NCBI RefSeq assembly: GCF_006345805.1
Contig: NC_043000.1
Location: forward strand, 87,916,001-87,980,000
DNA: 64,000 bases
Reading direction: 5' to 3'
Source: Octopus sinensis
Taxonomy: Eukaryota
Position numbers and translations under genes: made by a program. This document shows, in pieces, positions 1 through 11,578 of the stretch; within the stretch, counting starts at the first letter, position 1; each line of letters opens with the position of its first letter. The notes beneath the pieces were generated by a model. The model saw nothing but the letters and a program-made list of their open reading frames with translations, ran no database searches and had not been told where the DNA came from.

Positions 1-996
1 TCATTATGTAAAAAAATAGGCATTAGCTCAAGACTAAAAATTCGAAGACTTGGCAATAACTCAAGCAAATTTTACTGTGAATTTGTTGTTATAGGTAGAT
101 TTTACTGCAATATATAACTAATTTTTGTATTATTCTATTTATTGTACTTATTATGTACTACTATTATTTTTGATAACCTATTTTCAAATGTCTGATTATT
201 AATTTTTAAAAATGAATTTTTTAAAGTGCAAAAAATATTTTGAGTTAATTTTTATTTTTAATAGAAGTACAAGTAATAACAAATAGAAGTAATAACTTTT
301 AATAAAACTTTTAGCTCTTTAAAAGCTAATATTTTCTAAATCTAAATATTTTATTTGAAATTTTATCCTTAGCTGCAATATTTTAAGCAAAAATATTCTT
401 ATTCTGTGCTTTACCAGATGTAATAAGTTGTCCTGCACTTTTCCAAGAGTAATAATTTGTCCAGTACTTTTCCAGATTTATAATGTTAAGAATACTATTT
501 CTCTTGCTTGCATTTTTCCATATATGTATAATTGAGCTAGAGTCACTAGTCTCAAAATAGTGGAATGACATCAGACTAATACTCTTTGACATAGTTTTTG
601 ACAATTAATTCTCTGGTTGTTGCCCAATAATTTTTTTTCAAGTGTTATGATACATTTTCAATTGATGTCTCCAAAATTAATCAGTATATATTGATTACCA
701 ATAAATGTGTTGAAATATTTAAAGATGTTGACTTTGATCTATGAAGATATGTTGTTTTATCTGAGAAACTGTTTTAATTTTTTTCAGTATATATCCCAGA
801 AAAAAAAAATCTCTCTTGACACAGAACCAATCAGCAAATATTTGTGTTGAAAGATAGCATTTGTTGATTCTAAAATATGGAAAACTGCCAATATTTATCA
901 GAAATTTGGGTGAATAAGTACCTTTAAGACAATAACATTCCAGGCAAATACATTTTAGTACTTACATTGCTAGTCGTGAGTTGGCAAAATCCTTAA

Positions 997-1523
997 CCCT
1001 TTTGATATCAATGTATCTGAAACCATTCTTATAAGACAAATTCCTCATTTTAAAGTGATAAAATTAAAAACCTTCCCACAAAATTGCAGGTTAATTTGTT
1101 TCAAAGGACAGTTTAATAATGACAAAATTATTTTACAAATTTTTCAATATTTTCAAAATTAAATAAAACAAAGGCAGTGTATTTCAAAATAAATGTGACA
1201 GCAAAAGGGTTAATGCATCAAATAAAACAACTGACAGAACAAGTACAAGGCTTACAATGAATAAGTCTCGGGGGTTGATTTCTACGACTAAAAATCCTTT
1301 AACCCTTTTATTACCATATTTCCATTCAAATATACTCTTTTTTTTTCAATTAATTTTCAAAAAAGAAAAATTACTAAATTAACTCTGACATTATTCAGCT
1401 GTGGTTTGGAACATGAATTAACATAAAATTAATATAATGGAAATATTAATTTAAATTACTTTAAAATGAGATGTTTGTATCATAGGACCAAGGGCAGTTT
1501 TAGATGGGTTGGTATCGAAAGGG
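997..1523. mobile_element. Two oppositely oriented piggyBac-type MITEs, family A (997-1209 and 1303-1523)
   Basis: TTAA-CCCTTT...AAAGGG-TTAA ends; related copies at about 9225-9842, 10710-11680, 19580-20060 and 27600-27820. Confidence 0.8.
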
Positions 1524-1605
1524 TTAAAACATGGCCTCAGTCAAATGATTGAAATGTGTAAAAGAATAAAAGAATATATACATATATATATAAAAATTGA
1601 CGTAC

Positions 1606-1759
1606 CATCAAGTTGTACCTGCATTTTTAGTGTTGGAATAATGCGTGTGTAACATACTCCAGGCACTATAGGGAAAACATTTTCAATGGTCATATCAGGG
1701 TTCTTTTCTATTTCCAACTTGATAACAGCTTCAGCTTGCATGCGGAAATCATCTGTCAC
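1606..1759 (-). CDS. FOCAD: Focadhesin exon 13 of 13; gene continues beyond position 1
   Basis: cttacag|...|gtacgt; VTDDFRMQAEAVIKLEIEKNPDMTIENVFPIVPGVCYTRIIPTLKMQVQLD (VPGxCY motif); ends in phase 1. Confidence 0.9.
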
Positions 1760-2252
1760 CTGTAAGATTTTAAGTTATCGTATTGTAATATTCTTGATAA
1801 TTTGGATAATCACAGCTTCTATATTAATCTAATTTATGTAGCACAATTAGTAATTATACATTTAATGTGGCTTGTCTTATGGCTCAGTGGTGAAAGCGTT
1901 GGGCTTCCAATCATGAAGTAGTGAGTTTGATTCCCAGACCAGGCAGTTGTGTTTTTGAGCAAGACACTTTATTTGATGTTGCTCCAGTTCACCCAGTTGC
2001 GGAAATGGGTTATGACGTCACTGGTGCCAAGCAGTATCATGCTTTGCCTTTCCCTTGGATAACATTGGTAGCATGGAGAGAGGAAGCTGGTATGCATGGG
2101 CAACAGCTGGTCTTCCATAAACGCTCTTGCCTGGACTTGTACCAAGGAAGGGAACTTTCTAGGTACAATCCCACAGTCATTCATGACCGAAGGAGGTCTT
2201 TACTCTTGACTTAATGAAACAGCTGCTGAACACAAAGTATGAACTGCATATA

Positions 2253-2466
2253 AACTCTTTACTCTTTTACTTATTTCAGTCATTTGACTGTGGCCATGCT
2301 GGAGTACCGCCTGTAGTCGAGCAAATCGACCCTGGGACTTATTCTTTGTAAGCCCAGTACTTATTCTATCGGTCTCTTTTGCCGAACCGCAAAGTGACGG
2401 CGACGTAAACACACCAGCATCGGTTGTCAAGCAATGCTAGGGGGACAAACACAGACACACAAACAT

Positions 2467-2497
<31 letters not shown>

Positions 2498-2641
2498 CAT
2501 ATATACGACAGGCTTCTTTCAGTTTTCGTCTACCAAATCTACTCACGAGGCATTGGTCGGCCTGATGCCACGCAGTAGGACTGAACACAGAACCATGTGG
2601 TTGGTAAGCAAGCTACTTACCCCACAGCCACTCCTGCGCCT
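2253..2641 (-). mobile_element. SINE family A
   Basis: Reverse complement of 8748-9156; flanking TATAAACT duplication. Confidence 0.88.
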
Positions 2642-3460
2642 ATAAACTATATGTCAAATGTATGTTCATCTGCTTTTTATTCTAAATGTGTTGCTCATAA
2701 AGAACATTGTTACTAATTATGTCAACACATGCAAGTTGGTTTCACTTGGGTTTACTGCAATGTAATAACATGTTGGAGTTTAACCCTTTCATTACCAACC
2801 TGGCTGAAACCAGCTCTAGCTCTGAGTACAAATATCTCGTTTTCATAAGTTTTGAATTAAAATCTTCCACCAAACCTTAGTCACAGCGAGATGAGTAAAC
2901 CCTGCTAACTTATGCCAACATGGACAGTGGATATAAAATGATGATGATGATGATTATTATGATAATGATGATGAAGGTGGTGGTAGTAATAATGATGATG
3001 ATGATAGTGGTGATGATGCAATGAATGGAAGCATAGTTATTATGATATTAGACTGTGGCTGACAAGTTATAGGTGGGATGGCTTGGATGGTTTGATGAGT
3101 CAGAGGACTGCATCGTACTCCAAAGACTACATTGGTAAGGCTTCTGTAGGCGGATGCCCTTCCTAATATCAGCCACTTTACAGAGACCACTGGATGCTGT
3201 TTTTGAGGCAACATCACTAGTGAAGATTGCCTTGTTTTCAGCAAGGCAAAGGGATCTAAAGTGACTCTATAACTGAAGAAGAATAGAAGAGAGAGTGGGT
3301 GATGACACTCAGCAGGTTAAGTAAGATTAGGGAGGTTAAGTAAGATTAGAAGAACAGATTTATGGTAGCAATAAGATCATAGTTGAGGAGAGGGAGTAAC
3401 AGAGTAGTCATTACTTAGGTAAGGGTGGAGTCAATAATATATTGTATACAATTTTCTTAC

Positions 3461-3619
3461 TTGTTGTGGAAAATGACTTATGGTAAAATTGTCAACTTTG
3501 AAGGCTGCTAAGGCCCGAAAAGCAGCAGCACTGACTTCAGGATTGTTCTGTTTGGAACTGGAATCACCAAACTTTTGAGAAATTAACCACAGCATACTGA
3601 CAACAGCTTCCTGGAATTT
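3461..3619 (-). CDS. FOCAD: Focadhesin exon 12 of 13
   Basis: tttcag|...|gtaag; KFQEAVVSMLWLISQ...NPEVSAAAFRALAAFKVDNFTISHFPQQ. Confidence 0.93.
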
Positions 3620-3834
3620 CTGAAATACAGAAAGAACAAACATAGAATTACATTTTGAGAAGACAACAAAACACAAAGTTAGTTTACTTCTGAAGAAAAT
3701 TTTATTTTATTTAGAGAGAAAATTGTTACTGCTAGGTAACTAGGTAACAATTTTTATTGCAATATATAATGACTTTGCAACTGAAGTTGAGTTTAGTTGA
3801 TGTTCAAGAGATAACTTCACCTTATATATATATA

Positions 3835-4020
3835 GATAGGGAAAGTTTATGAAAAAAACAAAAGACGAAGACAGGTGGTGTACAAAACAAACAGATGTAT
3901 TAGTATAATGCTCAGGAATAGAAAATGTCTTTTACATTTTGAGCCTATGCTCTTCTACAGAAAGGGACACAGAGAGAAACAAGGAGAGAAAAAAAATGTG
4001 TGTAGTGGCTAACGATCTAT
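3835..4020 (-). mobile_element. Short (TA)n-flanked element with a hammerhead-like motif, probably Penelope-derived
   Basis: 3964-3929 reads CTTT-CTGTAGA-A-GAGC-ATAG-GCTC-AAAA-TG-TA-AAAG; boundaries approximate. Confidence 0.45.
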
Positions 4021-5159
4021 TATATATATATATAGTTTTATACATACACACATAGGTGATGAGTGTGGTTGGTGGGGTTGAATGAGAAAGAGGGTAGTAG
4101 GGTGAATAGGAAGTATGGGGGCTTCGTACTGGAAAGTTGCAAAAAGACTGATGAAGAGAGGTTCAGAATATGTGCAGAAGCATTCTGATTAGATGCAATG
4201 AATGGCAAACAGAAGAGATCCACTGCTACCCAAAATATTTTCAATAATCCTTGATATTTGAGGGCTTATGTCTCCATCTTCTTAGGCTTCTGATGAAGTG
4301 GTATTCAACACTGTTGGCCTGAGTTTTATAGAGACAGCCTAGAGGATATTTTTGGTGTATTTTCTGTCTTGCATGCAGTGTCTGGATTTATGACACCACA
4401 TCTTGACTCCAAAATTTTAACATCATTTGCTAATTTTCTTAATGGTGATATTTGGACCACTGCTATATTTCTTTTGAAGGTCATAGGAAGTAGAAAGCTG
4501 TCTCCTCAGCATTCCTCTTCAGTTGTCATTATTCTTCACTCTTTTGCTCTTTTACAGTCAACAGTCTTTTGTTTTGATTCAAACAGTATTCTCTTTCCAT
4601 TCCTGATGCCTCTGTTTAGCACAACAGTTTGAGTCACATAAGCAGCAAAATGCTAATAAGATTCAAATGACCTAGTGAACTTTTTGATTTCTTTAAATCA
4701 TTGTTTTTATGGTTTTCAACCATCTGAAGAGGACTTTCCAGAGTTATAAGGGGAAAAGAAACCAACCAACCAACCAACCAACCTACCTACACACACATTC
4801 ACACACATACAGATCTGAATCGAGGCTGAAGAATACATCTTCAGAATTAACATTTACTGAGAATGTTCAGATCAAAATTCACAAAAGACTACAAACTTGG
4901 CGATATAATACACCTTGCCAAATTAAATCTACAAATGCCTTAGAAATCAACTCAATAGTGTGATTGCAACACATGAATTGTTAGTTGATTCTTTTTATAT
5001 CAAAACACTTCTAGGGTTATGCAAAGTGAGAGTGTACATGTTTTCAGGCATTGAACAATGCTAAGTTATGCATAAAATGCAAACATACAAAGTGGACACA
5101 AACACACAGAGCACATATCATGTGTGTTGATTAGTTTGCTTTGGCCATAAGCATATACA

Positions 5160-5210
5160 TCAATATATAGACATATATATGTATAGCTAAATAAGCATGT
5201 GTATATACAT

Positions 5211-5241
<31 letters not shown>

Positions 5242-5469
5242 CACATACATACACACACACACATGTGTGTGTGTGTGTATATATATATATACACACACAT
5301 ATGTATATACATATATGTGTATATACATATATATACATATATGTATGTATGTATGTATATATATACAAATATATATGTCTATATCTACATATATGCATAT
5401 ATATATATATGTGTGTGTGTATATACACATATGTATATACACACATATGTGTATACATATATACATATG

Positions 5470-5516
<47 letters not shown>

Positions 5517-5568
5517 TCACACACATATGTATATACATATATGTGTATAGACACATATGTGTATACAC
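5160..5568. repeat. Compound (TA)n/(CA)n/(TG)n microsatellite
   Basis: Directly visible; source of the Y/I/H/T-rich ORFs. Confidence 0.95.
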
Positions 5569-5569
5569 C

Positions 5570-5842
5570 GCTCAAGGTAAAAGGTAGACTGTATGATGCA
5601 TGTATGTGAACTGCCATGCTACATGGCAGTGAAATATGAGCCATGAATGCTGAGGACATGCATATGTTTGAAAGAAATGAAACTAGTATGATCCGCTGGA
5701 TGTGTAATGTCAGTGTGCATACACGATAGAGTGTAAGTGACCTGAGACTAAAGTTGGGCATAAGAAGCATCAAATGTAGTGTGCAAGAGAGGTGTCTGCA
5801 CTGGTATGGTCATGTGTTACATATGTATGAAGACAGCTGTGT
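5570..5842 (+). mobile_element. RTE RT C-terminal fragment embedded in (TA/CA)n
   Basis: LKVKGRLYDACM.TAMLHGSE; similar to 60260-60530. Confidence 0.8.
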
Positions 5843-6709
5843 ATATATATATATATATATACGTATATAAATATATACATACGTAGATAAATATACATAT
5901 ATATAAATATATATATGTGTATATATATATATGTGTGTGTGTATATAAAATATATATATATATATGCATATATAAATATATATATATATATAGAGAGAGA
6001 GAGGTTATGAGAGGTAATGGTGTCAGTGAGACCCAAAGGTGTCAGGTAATGCTGAATAAGTGCTATGGATAGACCATAGTTGAGTTCCAGGTTCGGTGAT
6101 TATGCAAATAAGGGTCCAACATTGGTCATATATCAGCATGTGTATATTAAATTTTTTTTTTCTGTAATGAGATAAAAAACCAAGGCTGTGTAGATTTTAG
6201 AACATTTTACATTATCTTATATTTTTACGTAATAGACAAGGGAAGGAAAAGAACTTCATTTTCAGGTTTTATTATAATCCATGATATTCCATGTTACATT
6301 TGTTCCTATCTCTAAATGTCGAGTAATGATTAGAGATTCTTCTAGATAACAGTGAAGACATGCTTCCAATATAAAAATATACTTGATTATGAGTATTCAT
6401 TTTACACTGGTAAATAGAATTATTAATTTTAGAGTTACTCGACATTTTTTATTTGGAATCAATGTAGAATATATATATATATATATCTGTAAAAGTAATA
6501 TGTGACAATTATTCGGTAGCCAAGATATAACTCCGAATTACACAGCTACATCATGTGTCCAGTTTTATATTTGGGAAAATAGTTTGGAAAGCCTCAAGCT
6601 GTTACGACAACTGCCCAAGCAGAATTCAGATATACAAGGATATGCATTTAGAGAGAAAAATAGATTGCAAAAGAAAATGAAATACTGTAATGAATGAAAC
6701 AATTTTTAC

Positions 6710-6785
6710 CTCAAATTCTTCATTTTGAACAGCTAATTGTGGTACTAGAGCAAATAACTTGCAAATTTCTATGGTAATGCCAGGT
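6710..6785 (-). CDS. FOCAD: Focadhesin exon 11 of 13 (76 nt)
   Basis: tttttag|...|gtaaa; PGITIEICKLFALVPQLAVQNEEFE, similar to LFSLVPSLTVNTTEYE. Confidence 0.93.
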
Positions 6786-7763
6786 CTAAAAATTAGATAA
6801 AAAAGACAATGGAATATACCAAAATGACATGTCCTCAAATCATTTGCTGTTTAAAGAAACTAACAGTTGCAACTAGCTGGCTTATCAGCCAACAGTTAAT
6901 TGATGATTTAAATTAGTATTGCACCCTGCTATCAACCAAGTTGCCTGATGTATATTTTTACGGAAACCTTCATCTTGTAGTAAAGAATATAACTGAGGTC
7001 AAGTATCATAGGCAAATAGCTCAGTGGTTACAGTATTGGGCTTACAATCTTGATGTAGGGAGTTCAATTCTCAGACAAGGCTGCGTGTTGTGTTCTTGAG
7101 CAAGATACTTTATTTCAAGCTGCTGCAGTTAACTCAGCTGTAGAAATGAGTTGCAACATCACTAGTGCCAAGCTGTATCAGCCTTTGCCTTCTCTTGGAT
7201 AATATCTGTGGTGTGAGGAGGGGAGACCAGTGTGTGTGGGCAACTGCTGGTCTTCCATAAACAACCTTGCCTGGACTTGTGCCTCATGGCCAAAGAAGGT
7301 CTTTTTATCCAGAGGTTACCGAGATGGTAGAGATCTTCAATAAATGCGTAACAGTATCTTGTTTCACATATGATGTTTCATAGTTCAAATAGCACTGTGG
7401 TTAATTTTATCTTTCAGAAATCAAAATCAGTCCAGTCAATTGCATGGTTGATTGAGAGGGCGGGGGAGATACGGAAAGAGAAGTAAATAAATTGATAGAG
7501 AGAAAGACTGACAGATAGATACATATAAAATATTGAATAGATGGTGGTGGGAGAGCAATATATACAGCACACTTGATGTTTTCACATGTGATTGGCCAGT
7601 TACTGCAATATTTGTCCCAAGATAGCACCACTAATGGATTTGCTGTATTACAAACACAGTAAATATCAGAGGGAAATGAAAATTTTTCCCAGCAGTGGTC
7701 AGTGAGTGACTGATGCATCCCAGCCTTTAAAACTGCATTACTGAACATGTCTTCTTATTTTAA

Positions 7764-7981
7764 CTCTTTAGCATTCAGATTACTTGGTCAATTGTATTAC
7801 TTGTTTATTCACATTATTTTGAATTAGCCATGAATTATCTCATAGCTTTGTGATTTTGATGGAACAATTGTTTATTTTAAGAATGGCATTGTAGAGTAGG
7901 TGTAGAGGTCAGATCTGACCAGTTTTAACATTAAAAGGTAGAACATCTTGGCTGGATATAGCCAGCTTAAATGCTAAACGT
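7764..7981. mobile_element. piggyBac-type MITE, family B
   Basis: TTAA-C(C/T)CTTTAGCATT ends; related copies at 11833-12051, 23486-23705, 27823-29040 (split by the piggyBac), about 34515-34730 and about 40915-41100. Confidence 0.75.
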
Positions 7982-8747
7982 TTAAAATAGTAAAATGAGA
8001 TCTGAAGGAAATTTGCCTGCTATTTCTTTCTACCAAGTCTAGTGATGCAGAACCTCATAGTTACTTCAACTAGGAGGTGATATAAATCCCCATTTATACA
8101 TAGCAGATTTGTGATCTTGCAGTAGTGAGTTCAATTTCACTAGTGAGAACTATCAAGTACAATACAGTGGTATTCTGTCCAACAAAAAGACTTGTTTCTT
8201 CAATAACAAAACCCATATGCATCAGGTCATCAGTCAGTGGAAAGAAATTATTTCTCAAAGTGGTATAAGGTTACAGGTTTGTAAGTCAAGGACATAATTG
8301 ATTTAATCAACCCCTGTATATCATTGGTGTTAATTAACTCAGTCCCACTAGTCTTTGAACTCGGAATAAAGAGGAATGAAATAAAATAATGCTGTTCTAT
8401 CAATTTTGCCACTCCACTCTGCTGGCATGCAGGGTGTGTGAAACAATGACTCAACCTATAAGAAATAGTAGCCAAATGCCTTCAAATTATATACTATAAT
8501 CCTAAATATGCAAAGGATGCATTGTAACAATTAAGTTGTACAGATCTGAAAAAAAGATGGGATGGTCATAGCAAGAATGCCTTTGTCAAAGGCTTGCATA
8601 ATCAAAACTTACCTGAGTTCAACAACAACAACACCAAGAAAAATAGCATTAATTGTTGGAGTGAGAAATTTAGAGGTATTTTGAACCTCTAACCCTGAAG
8701 TAGTAATAGTTACTGTGTATGTATATATATATATATATATATATATA

Positions 8748-9156
8748 GGCGCAGGAGTGGCTGTGTGGTAAGTAGCTTGCTTACTAACCACATGGTTCCG
8801 GGTTCAGTCCCACTGCGTGGCACCTTGGGCAAGTGTCTTCTACTATAGCCTCGGGCCGACCAAAGCCTTGTGAGTGGATTTGGTAGATGGAAACTGAAAG
8901 AAGCCTGTCGTATATATGTATGTATATATATATGCATGTGTGTGTTTGTGTGTCTGTGTTTGTCCCCCTAGCATTGCTTGACAACCGATGCTGGTGTGTT
9001 TATGTCCCCGTCACTTAGCGGTTCGGCAAAAGAGACCGATAGAATAAGTACTGGGCTTACAAAAGAATAAGTCCTGGGGTCGAGTTGCTCGATTAAAGGC
9101 GGTGCTCCAGCATGGCCGCAGTCAAATGACTGAAACAAGTAAAAGAGAGTAAAGAG
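8748..9156 (+). mobile_element. tRNA-derived SINE family A, full length
   Basis: GGCGCAGGAGTGGCTGTGTGGTAAG head, GGTTCAGTCC B-box-like motif, CORE-like CACCTTGGGCAAG, internal (TA)n and GTAAAAGA tail. Confidence 0.9.
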
Positions 9157-9276
9157 ATATATATCAATAAAGTTGCGAGATAACTGTGGGAAGATTGCTT
9201 TCTGATCAAAACTTCTGTACATTAACTCTTTTGGCTCCAACCCACCTGAAACTGCCCCATTGTACAAACTTGTTCT

Positions 9277-9655
9277 ATTCTTTTACTTGTTTCTGTCATT
9301 TGACTGCGGCCATGCTAGAGCACTGCCTTAAGTCGAGCAAATCGACCCCAGGACTTATTCTATCAGTTTCTTTTGCTGAACCGCTGAGTTATGGAGATGT
9401 AAACACACCAGCATTGGTTGTCAAGTGATGTTGGGGGGACAAACACAGATACACAAACAAATACACACACATACATATATATATATATATATGACGGGCT
9501 TCTTTCAGTTCCCGTCTACCAAATCCACTCACAAGGCTTTGGTTGGCCCAAGGCTATAGTAGAAGACACTTGTCCAAGTTGTCATGCTGTGAGACTGAAC
9601 CCAGAACTATGTGGTTGGTAAGCTAGCTACTTACCACACAGTCACTCCTGTGCCT
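9277..9655 (-). mobile_element. SINE family A, inserted in a family A MITE
   Basis: Reverse complement of 8748-9156 with a small deletion. Confidence 0.88.
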
Positions 9656-10543
9656 ATGGTACAAACCTCCAGCTTTAAAGGAATCTAAATGAAAGTCTTC
9701 CATCAAAAGTTCCTGTTAATTTATGATCTGAATACCAGCTCCATAATGTTGCAATTATTTTACTAAAGTCTTCATTATTTACAAAATTTATTGAAACAAA
9801 GGTAGAGTATTTTGATAGAAATGTGATAACTAAAAGGGTTAATTGTCCTTTATTGGTATAATTAATTATAAGAGGCTAATTGGCTAAGTAAATGGTGGGA
9901 GGACAAATAAACTTTGTGTATCATTAGGTTACATTCTGCTTCAGGAATTAAAGGAAGCGGCGTGACAACAAGGATGAATTTCAGAAGCTGGACCCTGGAC
10001 AATATTTTCTGACAATGCTCTGTTTCAGAAAAAAGTGGCATATGATTTCAGGGAGATATTGCTGGCAAATTGTTTAGAGCATGGTCAAAATTTATGTGGT
10101 ATTTACTTAGATGACTTTATGTTTAGGAAAATCACGAGATCAACATCCCCATTCAGCCTTCAGGAGTCGAGGAAGTACAAATAAATAACTGTGTTGATTC
10201 CACTATTGCAAACTAGACATGACTTGTAATAGAAAATTCCACAGAGACTTACTTAGCTTAGTTTATCTACCCATAGAATATATGACAAGCATATCTTGGA
10301 AAGTTATCAGTTGCAGACAATTGAATACAGAAACAAAACAAAGCAAAACAAAAAAAAAAAAATTGCTACTCAGCTGCTTACAGTTATTGAAACTAAAGTT
10401 CAGCTCTGTGGCTCTGTTAACTCTTCTAATTATAACTGCAATATGATTACACCACAAAGCTGAATTAGTGATAAGATGTCAGACTCTCAAAAATAATAAA
10501 GTATAAAATTTTGAAACTCTATATGACATAATATGAGACTTAC

Positions 10544-10602
10544 CTAGAATCATTGGCAAGTTTGGTTGACAGTAACTTCCACAGACTTTGAATATTGATC
10601 AC
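10544..10602 (-). CDS. FOCAD: Focadhesin exon 10 of 13 (59 nt)
   Basis: ctacag|...|gtaag; VINIQSLWKLLSTKLANDSR, similar to VVCIRSTWNALSPKLSCDTR. Confidence 0.93.
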
Positions 10603-11220
10603 CTGTAGTGATAAAACATATATAAGTATAAACACACTCCTCCTACTCCTTTTTCATCCTCTCTCCCCTCACTCTCTTTATTTTCAACTAGACTAGCCAT
10701 TTTAGGCTTATTGATACCAACCTGCCTGAGGTCACCCTTGGTTTTAAGATGTGAAAAATTCCTGACCCAAATTAAAACCTTTCATCAAATTTTCATGTCT
10801 ATTTAAAGTTTATCACCACACAACTCATGGTTTAGTAACTGATGTTGTTAAAAATGTGAATAAAAATCTAAGAATATAAGGAATGAAAGAGGTAAATAAA
10901 GACAGGTAAAACAATGTTAGTTACATTTCTTGTAACATAACTAAAACCTGCTTAGCTAGTCTTCAAACTTTAGTTTAATAATGGCAAAATTATTTTACTA
11001 AATTCTTTATTATTTTCAAAATTAATTGAAACAAAGACTGTGTATTTCAAACGGAATATGGTAAGAAAAGGTCAACTCTTTAATACTAACACATCTAAGA
11101 CAGCCTCTGGCTCTATGATGCAAACTTTCAGTTTTAAAGAGATCTAAACAAAATCCTCCCACCAAAATTTCATGTTTATTTATGTTCCAAACACCAGCTT
11201 CACAATGACAATGACAAAGT

Positions 11221-11578
11221 CCAGTTCTATATTTAAGAGATGAGGAAATTATGTACTTTATTTACATTATTCACATTCGACGGATATTTGTCCTCATCTT
11301 GTTTGTTGTTAACACAATGTTTTGACTGATATACCCTCCAGCCTTCATCAGGTGTCTTGGGGAAATTTTGAACCTGAGTTCTCATTTCTAAGGTATTTTT
11401 CGATGTTATTATTATTATTATTATTATTCAGGTCACAGCTTGGAATCTTGGGGTTAGTAGCCTGCGCTCTGAACCACTATGCCATATGCCTGATGAAGGT
11501 TGGAGGGTATATCAGCCGAAATGTTGTGTTAACAACAAACAAGATGAGGACAAATATTCATCGAATGTAAATAATGTA
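11221..11578 (-). mobile_element. Non-autonomous retroelement: tRNA-like head, (AAT)n, Penelope-type hammerhead tail, and inverted partial tail copy
   Basis: TSD AATGACAAAGT at 11210-11220 and 11579-11589; 92-bp inverted arms 11261-11352 and 11489-11580; A-box TGGCATAGTGG at 11484-11474; CTGATGA...GAAA core. Confidence 0.8.
11311..11356 (-). ncRNA. Degenerate minimal type I hammerhead ribozyme motif
   Basis: GACAC-CTGATGA-AGGCTG...CAGTC-AAAA-CA-TT-GTGTT; the other arm (11490-11530, +) retains CAGCC-GAAA; combined consensus CCGAAACGTT. Confidence 0.65.

Noticed and set aside
540-720. Faint resemblance to a Gypsy integrase Zn-binding region (minus strand, NYW...KNYVKE)
   Set aside because: Too degenerate and frameshifted to support by eye; it needs a translated HMM search.
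5066-6036. Long overlapping ORFs rich in Y/I/H/T/C
   Set aside because: They are translations of (TA)n/(CA)n microsatellite plus an RTE fragment.
8609-8720. Donor-like GTAAG with an open frame upstream (possible extra exon)
   Set aside because: No FOCAD similarity and no clear acceptor; the flanking exons join without it.
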